Source: a virus
Taxonomy: Duplodnaviria > Caudoviricetes
DNA: 64,000 nt
IMG/VR virus record: IMGVR_UViG_3300028888_000001
Strand: one strand, 5' to 3'
Positions within the stretch are counted from its first letter, which is position 1, and each line of letters starts with the position of its first letter. The notes below the pieces were generated by a model, which made no database searches, was not told where the DNA came from, and worked only from the letters and a program-made list of their open reading frames with translations. Of this stretch, positions 22,112 to 31,905 are shown in pieces. Made by a program: the position numbers and the translations under genes.

Positions 22112-22597
22112 TTGGCTCAGAAACAACGAATGTCGTATTTCGGAGAAATACGACAGCGTTATAATGATCCAGGATTCTTCAATAACAACGGAAATAGACC
22201 TGACGTTATTGATGACATCAGAAGAAACGTCCGTAGAATTATTAAAGACGTAGCCAATGGTAACATAGTACAAGAAGATTATATGTATTTTCAATCAGCT
22301 ATATTGCTGAATATATGTATGGAAGTATGCAATGAAAACATTAGCATGCTTAATACAGAAACAACAGCGCTGACTTATTATATCAATTCTGTACTCATGA
22401 GAAACTTCCAGCCAAATTATGTAAATGGCCAATCAGAGCATACAAATGCAGCAAAATTGTATGCAGAGGCATCTACTAAACTTGGAATTTGGGTGGCAGC
22501 TAAAAATTGTTTTGAGGGAATCATGAGAGGTTATGATGCATTTCAGTCTCTTGCTCCTCTGATTCAATTGAAGCCACAGATAAATTCAAATCTTTAA
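22112..22597 (+). CDS. hypothetical protein
   Basis: 161 aa, TTG start after GGGGGTG. Confidence 0.7.
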   Translation: MAQKQRMSYFGEIRQRYNDPGFFNNNGNRPDVIDDIRRNVRRIIKDVANGNIVQEDYMYFQSAILLNICMEVCNENISMLNTETTALTYYINSVLMRNFQPNYVNGQSEHTNAAKLYAEASTKLGIWVAAKNCFEGIMRGYDAFQSLAPLIQLKPQINSNL

Positions 22598-22680
22598 TGC
22601 TCTTGACATGATAGTAATTTCTAGCTCTGGGAATACAATGTTCCCAGAGCAGCTTTACTAACATATGAAAGGAGCATATT

Positions 22681-23313
22681 ATGGATAGCATAGAACGAAT
22701 CATACAGATGAGAACAGCACTTAAGGGTGATAAAAATATCCCACTGCTGGCTCATTGTGAAACCGGTAACGTTGTCATTTCAGAGATGAATGCTCTGTCA
22801 TTCACAAAATGGGATGACACAAACGGAATACTATATTCTTTTAGACTAAAAAATTTAACAAATACAGTTTCTCCATCTAATCTTTCTAATGAAATTGAAG
22901 TAATTGGAGTACCATATGATCATTTAAGTACTCTAGAAACAATTCATATGACATTAGATGATCTAGATGGCGTATTCACATCGATGGAATCTACAGGTAT
23001 TGAATTTAAATCTGGATTTAAAGACTCCATCAAGTACGTATTCAAAGAAGCTCTACATCCAGATCGCTGGTCGTTAAATCAGTCTGATATTAACGCTATG
23101 CATGGTGTAGAAATTCTTAATACTAAGAACGATTATTATAGAGGCAGATTCGCCGAGCCGTTTAAAGAGACTAGGGAGAAAGCCGAATATAATAAAGCGA
23201 TCGAGAATAAGAGGGCTGCTGGAGAAGATCCGACTAAAGATAAAGTTCCATTATCAGAAAGAGTCAAGTCTCCAGTCAATCATCCAAATGGAGATGGATC
23301 AGCAAATGGTTAA
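22681..23313 (+). CDS. hypothetical protein
   Basis: 210 aa, AAGGAG RBS. Confidence 0.75.
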   Translation: MDSIERIIQMRTALKGDKNIPLLAHCETGNVVISEMNALSFTKWDDTNGILYSFRLKNLTNTVSPSNLSNEIEVIGVPYDHLSTLETIHMTLDDLDGVFTSMESTGIEFKSGFKDSIKYVFKEALHPDRWSLNQSDINAMHGVEILNTKNDYYRGRFAEPFKETREKAEYNKAIENKRAAGEDPTKDKVPLSERVKSPVNHPNGDGSANG

Positions 23314-23433
23314 AAATTATATTTTTACAGCTGATCAAACAAAAATATAATCGTATATTATATATTAGAGTAGGCGCAAGCCTATTCTAATATATATTAT
23401 CCATATTCATATATATTTAAGGAGGAGAAAATA

Positions 23434-24450
23434 ATGGATATGAATCAACAGGCTTATTATGGAAACCCCTATCAGCAGCAGCCGTTTGGATTTGGCGGTT
23501 ATTATTATGATCCGTCTAATCCATATTTAAATGGAGGTTTTCAGTCACAGCCAATGTATTTTAACAATCAGCAGATGCCTCAGATGAGCTCTTCTCTTAC
23601 GGATGAAGAGATCCAGAGGCTTAGACAAGAACGTCCTGGAAGCAACGTGCTCAATCTTAGCATTGATCCGAATACTGTGTTGAGGTCTATGTGCAATCAC
23701 CGCGATAAGGGACAGGATGTTGTTCAAATCAAATCAGACGGCTCCGGTGAAGTGTATTGCCCGATCTGTGGTAATTCCTGGAGCATGGAAGAGATGACCA
23801 AAGAAGAACTGCAAGAACTTGTACAGAAATTGATAGCTCAGATGCAGATTGCAAAATGGGCTGGAAATATTCCCAATAATGTATTAAGGGATTATTTCAC
23901 AATTATGCCGCTTCTAGAAAAATTCCCGGATCTCTGGGAGTATTCTATGAAGAACTTTAACAAGATGATGAGTGCGAACGGCATGTATTATGCTACAGAT
24001 GCTATGCCATATGCACAGTATAACGCCATGTTCCCGGGCGGATCAATGGCATACAATGTGACTGCAAATCCGTATCAGCAGGCTTATTATAATCAGCCCA
24101 TGCAGCAGCAGACGGTGCAGTTTAATACTCCTTATCAGCCCAATATGAATATGGGTCAGATGCCAGTAAATGGACAGGCAGCTAATCCGGCTGTAAATCC
24201 GATGCAGGCTCAGGGATTCAATCAACCATTCAATCCTCAGTTCGCAAATCAACAGAACATGATGATGTATAATCAGCAGATGATGCAGCCAAACATGTAT
24301 CAGCAGCCGTATATGAATCAACCCAATGCTGGCCAGACCTATCAGCCGAATTTTGGAGTAGCTCAGCCTCAGCAGCAGGCAGCGCAACAGCAGCCCACTC
24401 AGCAGCAACAGGCAGCTCCGGTAACGACTGAAACAAAGGTAGAGCTTTAA
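23434..24450 (+). CDS. Zn-binding protein with Q/N/M/P/Y-rich low-complexity termini
   Basis: CNH...CPICG; long QQP/NQ/MM repeats; own promoter motif and terminator. Confidence 0.75.
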   Translation: MDMNQQAYYGNPYQQQPFGFGGYYYDPSNPYLNGGFQSQPMYFNNQQMPQMSSSLTDEEIQRLRQERPGSNVLNLSIDPNTVLRSMCNHRDKGQDVVQIKSDGSGEVYCPICGNSWSMEEMTKEELQELVQKLIAQMQIAKWAGNIPNNVLRDYFTIMPLLEKFPDLWEYSMKNFNKMMSANGMYYATDAMPYAQYNAMFPGGSMAYNVTANPYQQAYYNQPMQQQTVQFNTPYQPNMNMGQMPVNGQAANPAVNPMQAQGFNQPFNPQFANQQNMMMYNQQMMQPNMYQQPYMNQPNAGQTYQPNFGVAQPQQQAAQQQPTQQQQAAPVTTETKVEL

Positions 24451-24485
24451 AGAAAATAAGATAACTATATAACAACTAATTAGGG

Positions 24486-24509
24486 GCCCATGGGAGAAGT
24501 CCCATGGGC
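24486..24509 (+). terminator. hairpin terminator
   Basis: GCCCATGGGA-gaag-TCCCATGGGC followed by T-rich sequence. Confidence 0.7.
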
Positions 24510-24585
24510 TTTAAAGTTGTTTTAATTAATTTTTAAACTCATATTTAACCATAGGAGTAAATCTTATTTAGGAGGTTTAAAATGA

Positions 24586-25869
24586 ATGGCTAAAGATGAA
24601 AAAATAAATAAACAAGCAGAAATTAAAGTTATTCAAGATCCAGTAGAAGCTGTTAGAAAACTTCCGGATGTCTACTTGGGGTCCCTGGGTGGACCCGGAT
24701 TCCTTAACATGTACCGAGAAATTGTACAAAACTCATTGGATGAAATTGTCAAAGGCAATACTCTTGACAAAAACATTATCATTAGTTACGATGCTAGAAA
24801 TCATACTGTAATTGTAGAAGATAATGGTCAAGGTATAGATTTAAATATGCTTATACCAGTATTTTCTATATTACATTCTTCAAGCAATTATGACAAAAAA
24901 GAAGGTAGCGGTAACTACAGTAGCGGTAAAAACGGTATGGGTGCTACAATTACAAACTTCTTATCGAAGTTCTTTGTAGTCGAATCATATCGTATGGATG
25001 GCACTGCTGCTAAAGTAGAATTTGAAGAAGGTCGTATAAATTCCAAAGGTTTACAGAAAATAAAGAAACCACCAGTTGGAAAACACGGTCTTATAACTAG
25101 CTTTGCTCCATCTGAAATGATGGGAGATATTGATGTCACAGATATTCAGATAGAAGAACTTACTTGGAAACTGTGTCATTTGTCTTCTATAGGAACAAAA
25201 ATAACTCTAAATATGATTACTCCTACAGGAATGAAGAGAAAATCTATTATAGAGAATAAGCATGGTATCTTTGATATGCTTCCTGGAATATGCGAGAAGC
25301 CATTATTCGATCCTATTTATTACGCGATTGATAATGGCACTATGGCTGTAGAGTGTTTACTTACATACGATCTTAAGAATATGGATGACCCAGAAATTTT
25401 ATCATTTGCTAATATGTGCCCTACCATTTCAGGTACACATGTAGATGGTTTCTTAGACGGATTAATTAAATATTTTAGAGATTATATGAACAAAATCTAT
25501 CTAGCAAATAATAATAAACTTCAAGTCAATGCCCAAGATATACGTACAGGTCTTAGAGCTATAGTTAATATAAAACATCTGTATCCGCTGTTCACAGGTC
25601 AATCGAAAGGTATCTTCTCAAAGGAGGATATCAAACCTTTCATTAATGCTGAGACTACAGAAGCATTAAATGAATGGACTAAGAAAGCTCCTGGAGATTT
25701 ACAGAAAGTAAGCAAATATTTTAAAGATGTTTGTGAAATCAGGATGAAGCAAGATGGCCAAAAGATCAAAATGCAGGGTTCATATATTCAATCAGCTATA
25801 TCTGATTTACCTGCAAAATATAAGAAACCAAATGGTCATAAAGATATAGAGGTAATAATTTGCGAGGGT
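24586..25869 (+). CDS. gyrB: DNA gyrase/topo II subunit B, exon 1 (GHKL ATPase)
   Basis: EIVQNSLDE, DNGQGI, GKNGMG; ends at IICEG, the first half of the EG|DSA motif. Confidence 0.95.
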
Positions 25870-27510
25870 TAAGCGATAGCCCATTCACTATAGTGATATA
25901 GTGTCTAAATCTTTTTGAATTGCTGGAAAAGGCTAAAGCTTTCATGCCTATTATATAGGAGATGAAAATCAGAAACAAGTTGAGAGATGGCTCATGGTGA
26001 AATAAAAGCTCGAAAGAGTCCTAAAAGCTATAAACAATGTCTAATCAGCAGCTAAGTAATTTTATATGCCATTATCTCTTTTAAAGAAATGGAGATAAGT
26101 ATGAATTTAAAGCATGATGTGCAAGTAGGCGATACTTTTAGTACTAATGCATATGGCGAAATTAAAATTTTAGAAGATCTTGGCTTTGAATCTTTTGAAG
26201 ATAGAAGGCATAGATACAAAATACAATTTTTAAAAACTAGCCATATCAGAATTGCTAGAAGGGATGCAATCATAGCCGGAGAGGTAAAAGATCTTGTACC
26301 AGATATTAATTTTGAATTAATTAGAGACTCTTATAAATGCGGAAAGTATCAAATCATAGAATACATGGGGTTAATAAATGCAAGGCAGTATGTAAAAATA
26401 GTATTTTTAGATTCCACTGCAGAATCTATAGTATTACTTTCTACAGCCGAATCAGGAAAAGTGCACGATCCCATGTTTGGGTTTAATCCAAACAAAATAT
26501 TTCAATCAAATAAATCAGGCCCATTTAAGATGATTGATTATTTGGGTAAGGTTAAAGGGCATGCATTTGTAACTATATTATTCTTGAACACAGGAACGAT
26601 TAGAGATGTACAAATGTATAACGCTCTAGATGGAAAAGTATCAGATCCAGCATTAAATAGAAAAATTAGTGACGATTTTTCTATTGACAGATTTGATAAT
26701 TATGAACTTTACTTAAATAAGAAACTTAAAAGCGTACATGATAAAATGATTAAAAGATGTTATAATACTAATATCCCAGAATATCAGTATTATGGCTTGC
26801 TTTGAATTAAAGTATGTGATAGATGGTTAGAGAGTTTTGACAACTTTTTAGAAGATGCAAAACGACTACCTGGTTATGATAAATACTATAATAGACCCTA
26901 TTTATATGAACTTGATAAGGATTACTTGCAATTTAATATTCCTAAAAAGTTAAGAGTTTATTCTCCTACGACTTGTATGTTTTTATATAAACAGGATAAT
27001 ATTAACTTAAAGAGTATTGAATATAAGAGAGAACATAATCCAGGAGCATTATTTGGAGTTTCTATTAATTCAGCTGGAAATTATCAAGCTAGTATAGTAG
27101 TACAAGGAAACTATGTATATCTTGGAGTCTATGATAATATCATAGCAGCTGCAAATATGTTTAATATGGCATTTGATTGGTATCACGACTATGAATTAGT
27201 CGCTTTACATAACGATGTTCCAGTCATGGATTTAAATGAAATAAATAGCCATAGAATAAATGCCAAATAATTATATCATATTACAGAAAAGAATAATGGC
27301 ATATAAAATTAAAAGTTCAACGACTATCCCCTATATGGGACGTGAAATTCGTCTACAGGAGTACGGCTCAAGCGAGTGGGTGAGAATCCCTTAAATGGAA
27401 GTTGAAAGACACCCTAGAAATAGGGTGATGATATAGTCTAAACTTCTAGAGAAATACTAGAGAAGTTCATAAGAGAACTGCAGAGCGTAGCGAACTCTGT
27501 GAATAAACTG
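25870..27510 (+). mobile_element. group I intron 1 of gyrB (with HNH-type ORF)
   Basis: Exon ends in U (GGT), P1 GGGT/GCCC; P AATTGCTGG, Q AATCAGCAG, R TCAACGACTAT, S ATATAGTCT; terminal G; splicing restores CEG-DSA. Confidence 0.92.
26089..27270 (+). pseudogene. intron-encoded HNH-type endonuclease with C-terminal AP2-like domain, one in-frame TGA
   Basis: ORFs 26089..26805 and 26926..27270 share a frame: YYGLL*IKVCDRW...LDKD...YSPTTCMF; the stop falls at the usual Gly of YG..GI.VC..W. Confidence 0.8.
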
Positions 27511-27744
27511 GATTCAGCCGCAGCAGGATTCGAAAATAATAGAGATAAAATGCATCAGGGCATTATGCCCCTCAGAGGTAAAATTCTTAATGCAATTATG
27601 ACACCGCCAAAGAAATTCTTTGAGAATGAAGAGATTAGCGGTCTATTCTCTATATTTGGATATAAAAATTTCTCAAGCAAATTTGATCCAGAAAAGTTCA
27701 AACCATCTAAAATCATCATAGCAACGGACGCTGATGCAGACGGT
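27511..27744 (+). CDS. gyrB: gyrB exon 2 (TOPRIM)
   Basis: DSAAAG...PLRGKILN...IIIATDADADG. Confidence 0.93.
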
Positions 27745-28968
27745 TACCTGAGAGTTACAGTAGCCGCATCATTGTGGTGACACAGTGTTGAATAATTCTT
27801 TCTAATTGCTGGGAAGTGCTAAAGCCTTCTTGCCTATAGGGAGCTGAAAAGCAGAAATAAGTAGAAGGATGATCTATGGTGAAATAAAAGCTAATATACT
27901 TTACTGAACTTTTGTATATTGGTCCTAAGGATCGTTAACAATGTACAATCAGCAGCTAAGTAAAATTTTATAATATTTATTTCATGAGGAGTATAATACA
28001 TGCCAACTAATTGGGTAGGCTATACATTCATGAATATAGAAAATCAACCAGTTACAGTAATAGAAGATTTAGGCTATTCAAGTGCTTCTGGAGAGCATAA
28101 AGTTATAGTCAGATTTGATATTACTGGAAATACTAAAGAAGTATTTGTAAACAACGTAAGAACTGGCAAAGTTAAAGATCCAATGCGCGGTATTAGGCTA
28201 TTTGAATGGCGCCATAGCAATGGATTTGGAGATTTCATGATCATTGAAGATATGGGGATGATACAACAGAATAATCGTCCGATACATATGGTTAAATGCC
28301 AATGGAAGGATACTGGTTCTGTGTCTATATATCGATTTGATCATGCAGTAGAAGGAAGCATTAAAGATTGGTATAAACCGATACTATTTGGCATAGCTTA
28401 TCATGGAGAAGTGGATTGTTTTGAAGAGCCGTGGGCTTATCAAGAATGGAAACATATGCTTCAACGATGCTATGATAAAAATGATACTCATTATTCATCA
28501 TATGGTGGTAAGAACGTTTATGTTGATAATAGATGGTTAAACTATGCTAATTTTGTGAAAGATATAAAGTATTTAGAAAATTATGATAAGAAATTAGCAT
28601 TTCCATCTGAGTTTGAAATTGACAAAGATTTCTTGCAACGTCATGTTCCAGATAATGTACCTAAGGTTTATTCTCCAGAAACTTGTATGTTTATACACAG
28701 AAGTTTAAATAACTATCTTAGGTATAATAGCTCGTCGACACCAATCGATAGACAATATTTAGTACCAATGATTAATTTAGTATAAAAAATAAATATTATA
28801 AAATTTTAAAAGTTCAACGACTATCTCAAAAGAGAGTAGAGCTCAAGCGAGCTCAAAATGGAGAACGCTCCTATAATATAGGGCGGTGATATAGTCTCGG
28901 CTTCTAGGCAACACCTAGAGAAGTTCATAAGAGAACTGCATAGCGTAGCGAACTATGTGAAGGCATCG
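27745..28968 (+). mobile_element. group I intron 2 of gyrB (with HNH-type ORF)
   Basis: P1 CGGT/GCCG; conserved P,Q,R,S; terminal G; splicing restores DADADG-KHI. Confidence 0.92.
28000..28785 (+). CDS. intron-encoded HNH-type homing endonuclease
   Basis: W..MLQRCY, YGG, IDKD, YSPETCMF..N; lies between Q and R (P6 loop), flanked by an inverted repeat. Confidence 0.8.
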   Translation: MPTNWVGYTFMNIENQPVTVIEDLGYSSASGEHKVIVRFDITGNTKEVFVNNVRTGKVKDPMRGIRLFEWRHSNGFGDFMIIEDMGMIQQNNRPIHMVKCQWKDTGSVSIYRFDHAVEGSIKDWYKPILFGIAYHGEVDCFEEPWAYQEWKHMLQRCYDKNDTHYSSYGGKNVYVDNRWLNYANFVKDIKYLENYDKKLAFPSEFEIDKDFLQRHVPDNVPKVYSPETCMFIHRSLNNYLRYNSSSTPIDRQYLVPMINLV

Positions 28969-29034
28969 AAGCACATTCAAAGTCTGTTGCTAATCATGTT
29001 TTTAAAATATCTACCGTTCGTCGTAGAGCAAGGT
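28969..29034 (+). CDS. gyrB: gyrB exon 3 (66 nt, missed by the ORF track)
   Basis: KHIQSLLLIMFLKYLPFVVEQG matches the GyrB HIRTLLL..F...P.....G segment. Confidence 0.92.
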
Positions 29035-29400
29035 TAATTAAAATAGCCTATTCATTATGGTAACATAGTGTCTATTACTCTTTTTAATTGCTGGGAAACG
29101 CTAAGAGCCTCTATGCCTATAAGGAGCGAAAGCAGAAACAAGTTAGAGGATGATCTATGCTGAAATAAAAGCCAATTTAATTGGTGCTAAGGATCGTTAA
29201 CAATGTATAATCAGCATCCAAGCTATACATTAGTATAGAAGGTTCAACGACTATCTCAAAAGAGAGTAGGGCTCAAGCGAGTTCAAAATGGAAGAGCATC
29301 CTATGTAGTATAGGATGAAGATATAGTCTCGACTTCTAGGTAGCACCTAGAGAAGTTCATAAGAGAACTGCATAGCATAGCGAACTATGTGAAGATTTCG
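29035..29400 (+). mobile_element. group I intron 3 of gyrB (ORF-less)
   Basis: P1 AGGT/GCCT; P,Q,R,S present; terminal G; restores EQG-KLFIANPPLY. Confidence 0.92.
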
Positions 29401-29955
29401 AAATTATTTATTGCTAATCCGCCCTTATATGGGCTTAAAATTGGTAAGGATAAATATAAATTCTTTGCCGATAATATAGACTATGTAGATTATGTGAGAA
29501 ATATTTTCTGTAAAGATAATGTCATAGCAAATGATAAGAAAAAAGTATTAAGCAAATCTGAGATTGTAAAAATACTATATAGCAATATTGATTATCTTAA
29601 ATACATGCGTCACGTTTCTGGTATATTTGCTATAGACATAGAATTTCTAGAGTTTTTGCTATACAATAAAGATCTTGCATATAATAAATTTAAAACGACC
29701 GTAGAGAAAGTATATCCATTCGTTAAGGTTACTAAAGAGAATGGCATTACTATGCTTCATGGGTTGGTTGGATCTTTATATCAAACAGTTTTCTTTAACG
29801 ATAGATTGCTGTTTGAGTGTAAACCTATTATAGACTTGATTGAAAGATCTTGTAAATATTATTACATAAACGGAAAACGAACTACATTATATGGCTTAAT
29901 GAACGCATTTAATCAATGTGAGCCTTCAGGAATTAGTAGATATAAAGGACTGGGT
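29401..29955 (+). CDS. gyrB: gyrB exon 4
   Basis: KLFIANPPLY...SRYKGLG. Confidence 0.92.
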
Positions 29956-30373
29956 AAATTTTGCCCATTCATCGTGGTAACACGGTGTCTAAATCTCTTT
30001 TGAATTGCTGGGAAGTGCTAAAGCTCTCATGCCTATAAGGAATCGAAAGATAGAAACAAGTTGAGAGATAGTCTATGGTGAAATAAAAGCTAATACTTTA
30101 GGCAGAAGTATTAGTCCTAAGGATTGCTAGCAATGTACAATCAGCATCCAAGCTATACATTAGTATAGAAGGTTCAACGACTATCCCCTATATGGTGCGT
30201 GAAAATCGTATACAGGAGTACGGCTCAAGCGAGTGGGTGAGAATCCCTTAAATGGAAGTGGAAGAGCAACCTTTACTATCAAAAGGTTGATGATATAGTC
30301 TCGACTTCTAGGTGACACTTAGAGAAGTTCATAAGAGAACTACATAGCGTAGCGAACTATGTGAAGATAATCG
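29956..30373 (+). mobile_element. group I intron 4 of gyrB (ORF-less)
   Basis: P1 TGGGT/GCCCA; P,Q,R,S present; terminal G; restores RYKGLG-EM. Confidence 0.92.
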
Positions 30374-30547
30374 GAAATGCCGCCTAAGTTATTAGGAGAA
30401 TCTACTATATTACCTGGGATTGGAAGGACGCTAAAGCAATATAATATAGAAGACGTAAAGAAAGAACTTAAATATATTACATCTCTTCAATCTGATAAAG
30501 GTGCTTTTATCCAAGGTATAAAAGTTAGAAGAGAAGACATAGTATAA
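30374..30547 (+). CDS. gyrB: gyrB exon 5 (missed by the ORF track)
   Basis: EMPPKLLGESTILP...REDIV*; spliced product 770 aa. Confidence 0.9.
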   Translation, partial: EMPPKLLGESTILPGIGRTLKQYNIEDVKKELKYITSLQSDKGAFIQGIKVRREDIV

Positions 30548-30559
30548 TATAACAAAAAA

Positions 30560-30587
30560 TGCCAGTAGGGATTTCTCCCTACTGGCA
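30560..30587. terminator. bidirectional terminator
   Basis: TGCCAGTAGGGA-tttc-TCCCTACTGGCA between convergent genes. Confidence 0.75.
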
Positions 30588-30604
30588 CTTACCGATTTTA
30601 TTTT

Positions 30605-31120
30605 TTATTCACTGGTATCATTGCCATGTATATCTTGAGTGCCCTGTTTATCGATATCATAATCTATAATTAACCCATCAGTAGAAGCACTAGAGTTATT
30701 TTCTAGAGTTTGAACTTTAGATTGTAGAGTGGTCACAGATTCTTTTAGAGTAGTATTCTCTTCAATTAAATTAGCAACTTGCTGTTGAAGAGTTTGAATT
30801 AAGCCTTTAAGTTCTGTATCATCATACTCTTCTACAGGCTGAGATTGATTATTTTCTAAAGTTTGTACTTTAGATTCTAGAGTAGAAATACTTGCTTTAA
30901 TTTCTGTATCATCATATGCAGTTATAGTACCATCAGCACCACTACCAAGCTTATTACCATTAGCATCTACAATCTCGGTAATTTTATGAGTATGGTGCAG
31001 CATGTCTGCCCATTCTTCGGCAGTAATTTTCTTAATAATACCAGCAGCACTAGGATAATTAGTTGTGTTGTCCATATTAATTTCAGGGAATTTATACGAA
31101 TAAAATCCTCCAGATGCCAT
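30605..31120 (-). CDS. coiled-coil protein (possible virion fibre component)
   Basis: Repeated YDDTE.K and SKVQTLENN; late-type promoter at 31153..31166. Confidence 0.65.
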   Translation of the reverse strand: MASGGFYSYKFPEINMDNTTNYPSAAGIIKKITAEEWADMLHHTHKITEIVDANGNKLGSGADGTITAYDDTEIKASISTLESKVQTLENNQSQPVEEYDDTELKGLIQTLQQQVANLIEENTTLKESVTTLQSKVQTLENNSSASTDGLIIDYDIDKQGTQDIHGNDTSE

Positions 31121-31270
31121 TTTTTATTTTCCTCCATATTTCGTTTTAGTGTATTATTAAAATGTAAAAAAATACCATGTGTTTGTACATATAAGTACTG
31201 CGTTATAAAATAATGGCGCAAGCGCGATATTAATTAATTATAATCTTTTTAATCAATGGAGGAATACCAA

Positions 31271-31720
31271 ATGTCTAGGAATTTTCAGCCAAACCGTAAC
31301 AATTCTAAAAAGCAGCCAGTTAAACCCCAGAATCTTAAACTTGCCCTGGCTTTGCCTGAAGGGACTTCAGAGTCTGTAGTTAATGAGATTCTTGACGTGC
31401 TTGCAAACATGAGATTTGACAAGATCTCTGTGCCAGTTGGAACTTATCGTGCTCTGCTTGATCCGTCTGTTGCTGCAGATGATACCCGTGTTCTCACAGT
31501 TGGCTATATTAAGAGCTATGATCCTGAAAAGGAAGAGTTTTCAGTGGTAATCTACTCAGCTAACCGTGATGCTATTTATGCATTTAAAGATCCGGGTCTT
31601 GAGATTGTATTCAATCAGTACAATGATTCTCTTGGTATCATTACCAAGTTTAATGTCATTCCCCTTAGTGCTGATAATACAGAAGAATCTGCTACCGTGG
31701 AAACAGAGCCTGTAGAATAA
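31271..31720 (+). CDS. hypothetical protein
   Basis: ATG 31271 after GGAGG. Confidence 0.75.
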   Translation: MSRNFQPNRNNSKKQPVKPQNLKLALALPEGTSESVVNEILDVLANMRFDKISVPVGTYRALLDPSVAADDTRVLTVGYIKSYDPEKEEFSVVIYSANRDAIYAFKDPGLEIVFNQYNDSLGIITKFNVIPLSADNTEESATVETEPVE

Positions 31721-31786
31721 AATATATAGCTTGGTATTATATCTTTAAATAGATTTTGCCATTATGTTTTTCTCCATTTCTTTTTT

Positions 31787-31819
31787 CTTATACCGGGTAG
31801 GCGTTCTACCCGGTATAAG
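31787..31819 (+). terminator. hairpin terminator
   Basis: CTTATACCGGGTAG-gcgtt-CTACCCGGTATAAG followed by a T run. Confidence 0.7.
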
Positions 31820-31905
31820 TTTTGTTTAAATAAGATTATAATTATATACTATAAAAATAAGAACCTGTGAATAAGAAACTTAAAAATTTGGAGGTTATAT
31901 GATTA

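Noticed and set aside
26803-26805. In-frame TGA as a sign of stop-codon reassignment
   Set aside because: TGA ends ordinary genes here (38113, 56162, 60332), long genes read through cleanly in code 11, the position aligns with Gly, and neither tRNA is a suppressor.
24586-30547. Fragmented gyrB as a pseudogene, or interruptions as inteins
   Set aside because: Each gap has group I core motifs and in-frame stops, and precise removal restores conserved motifs.
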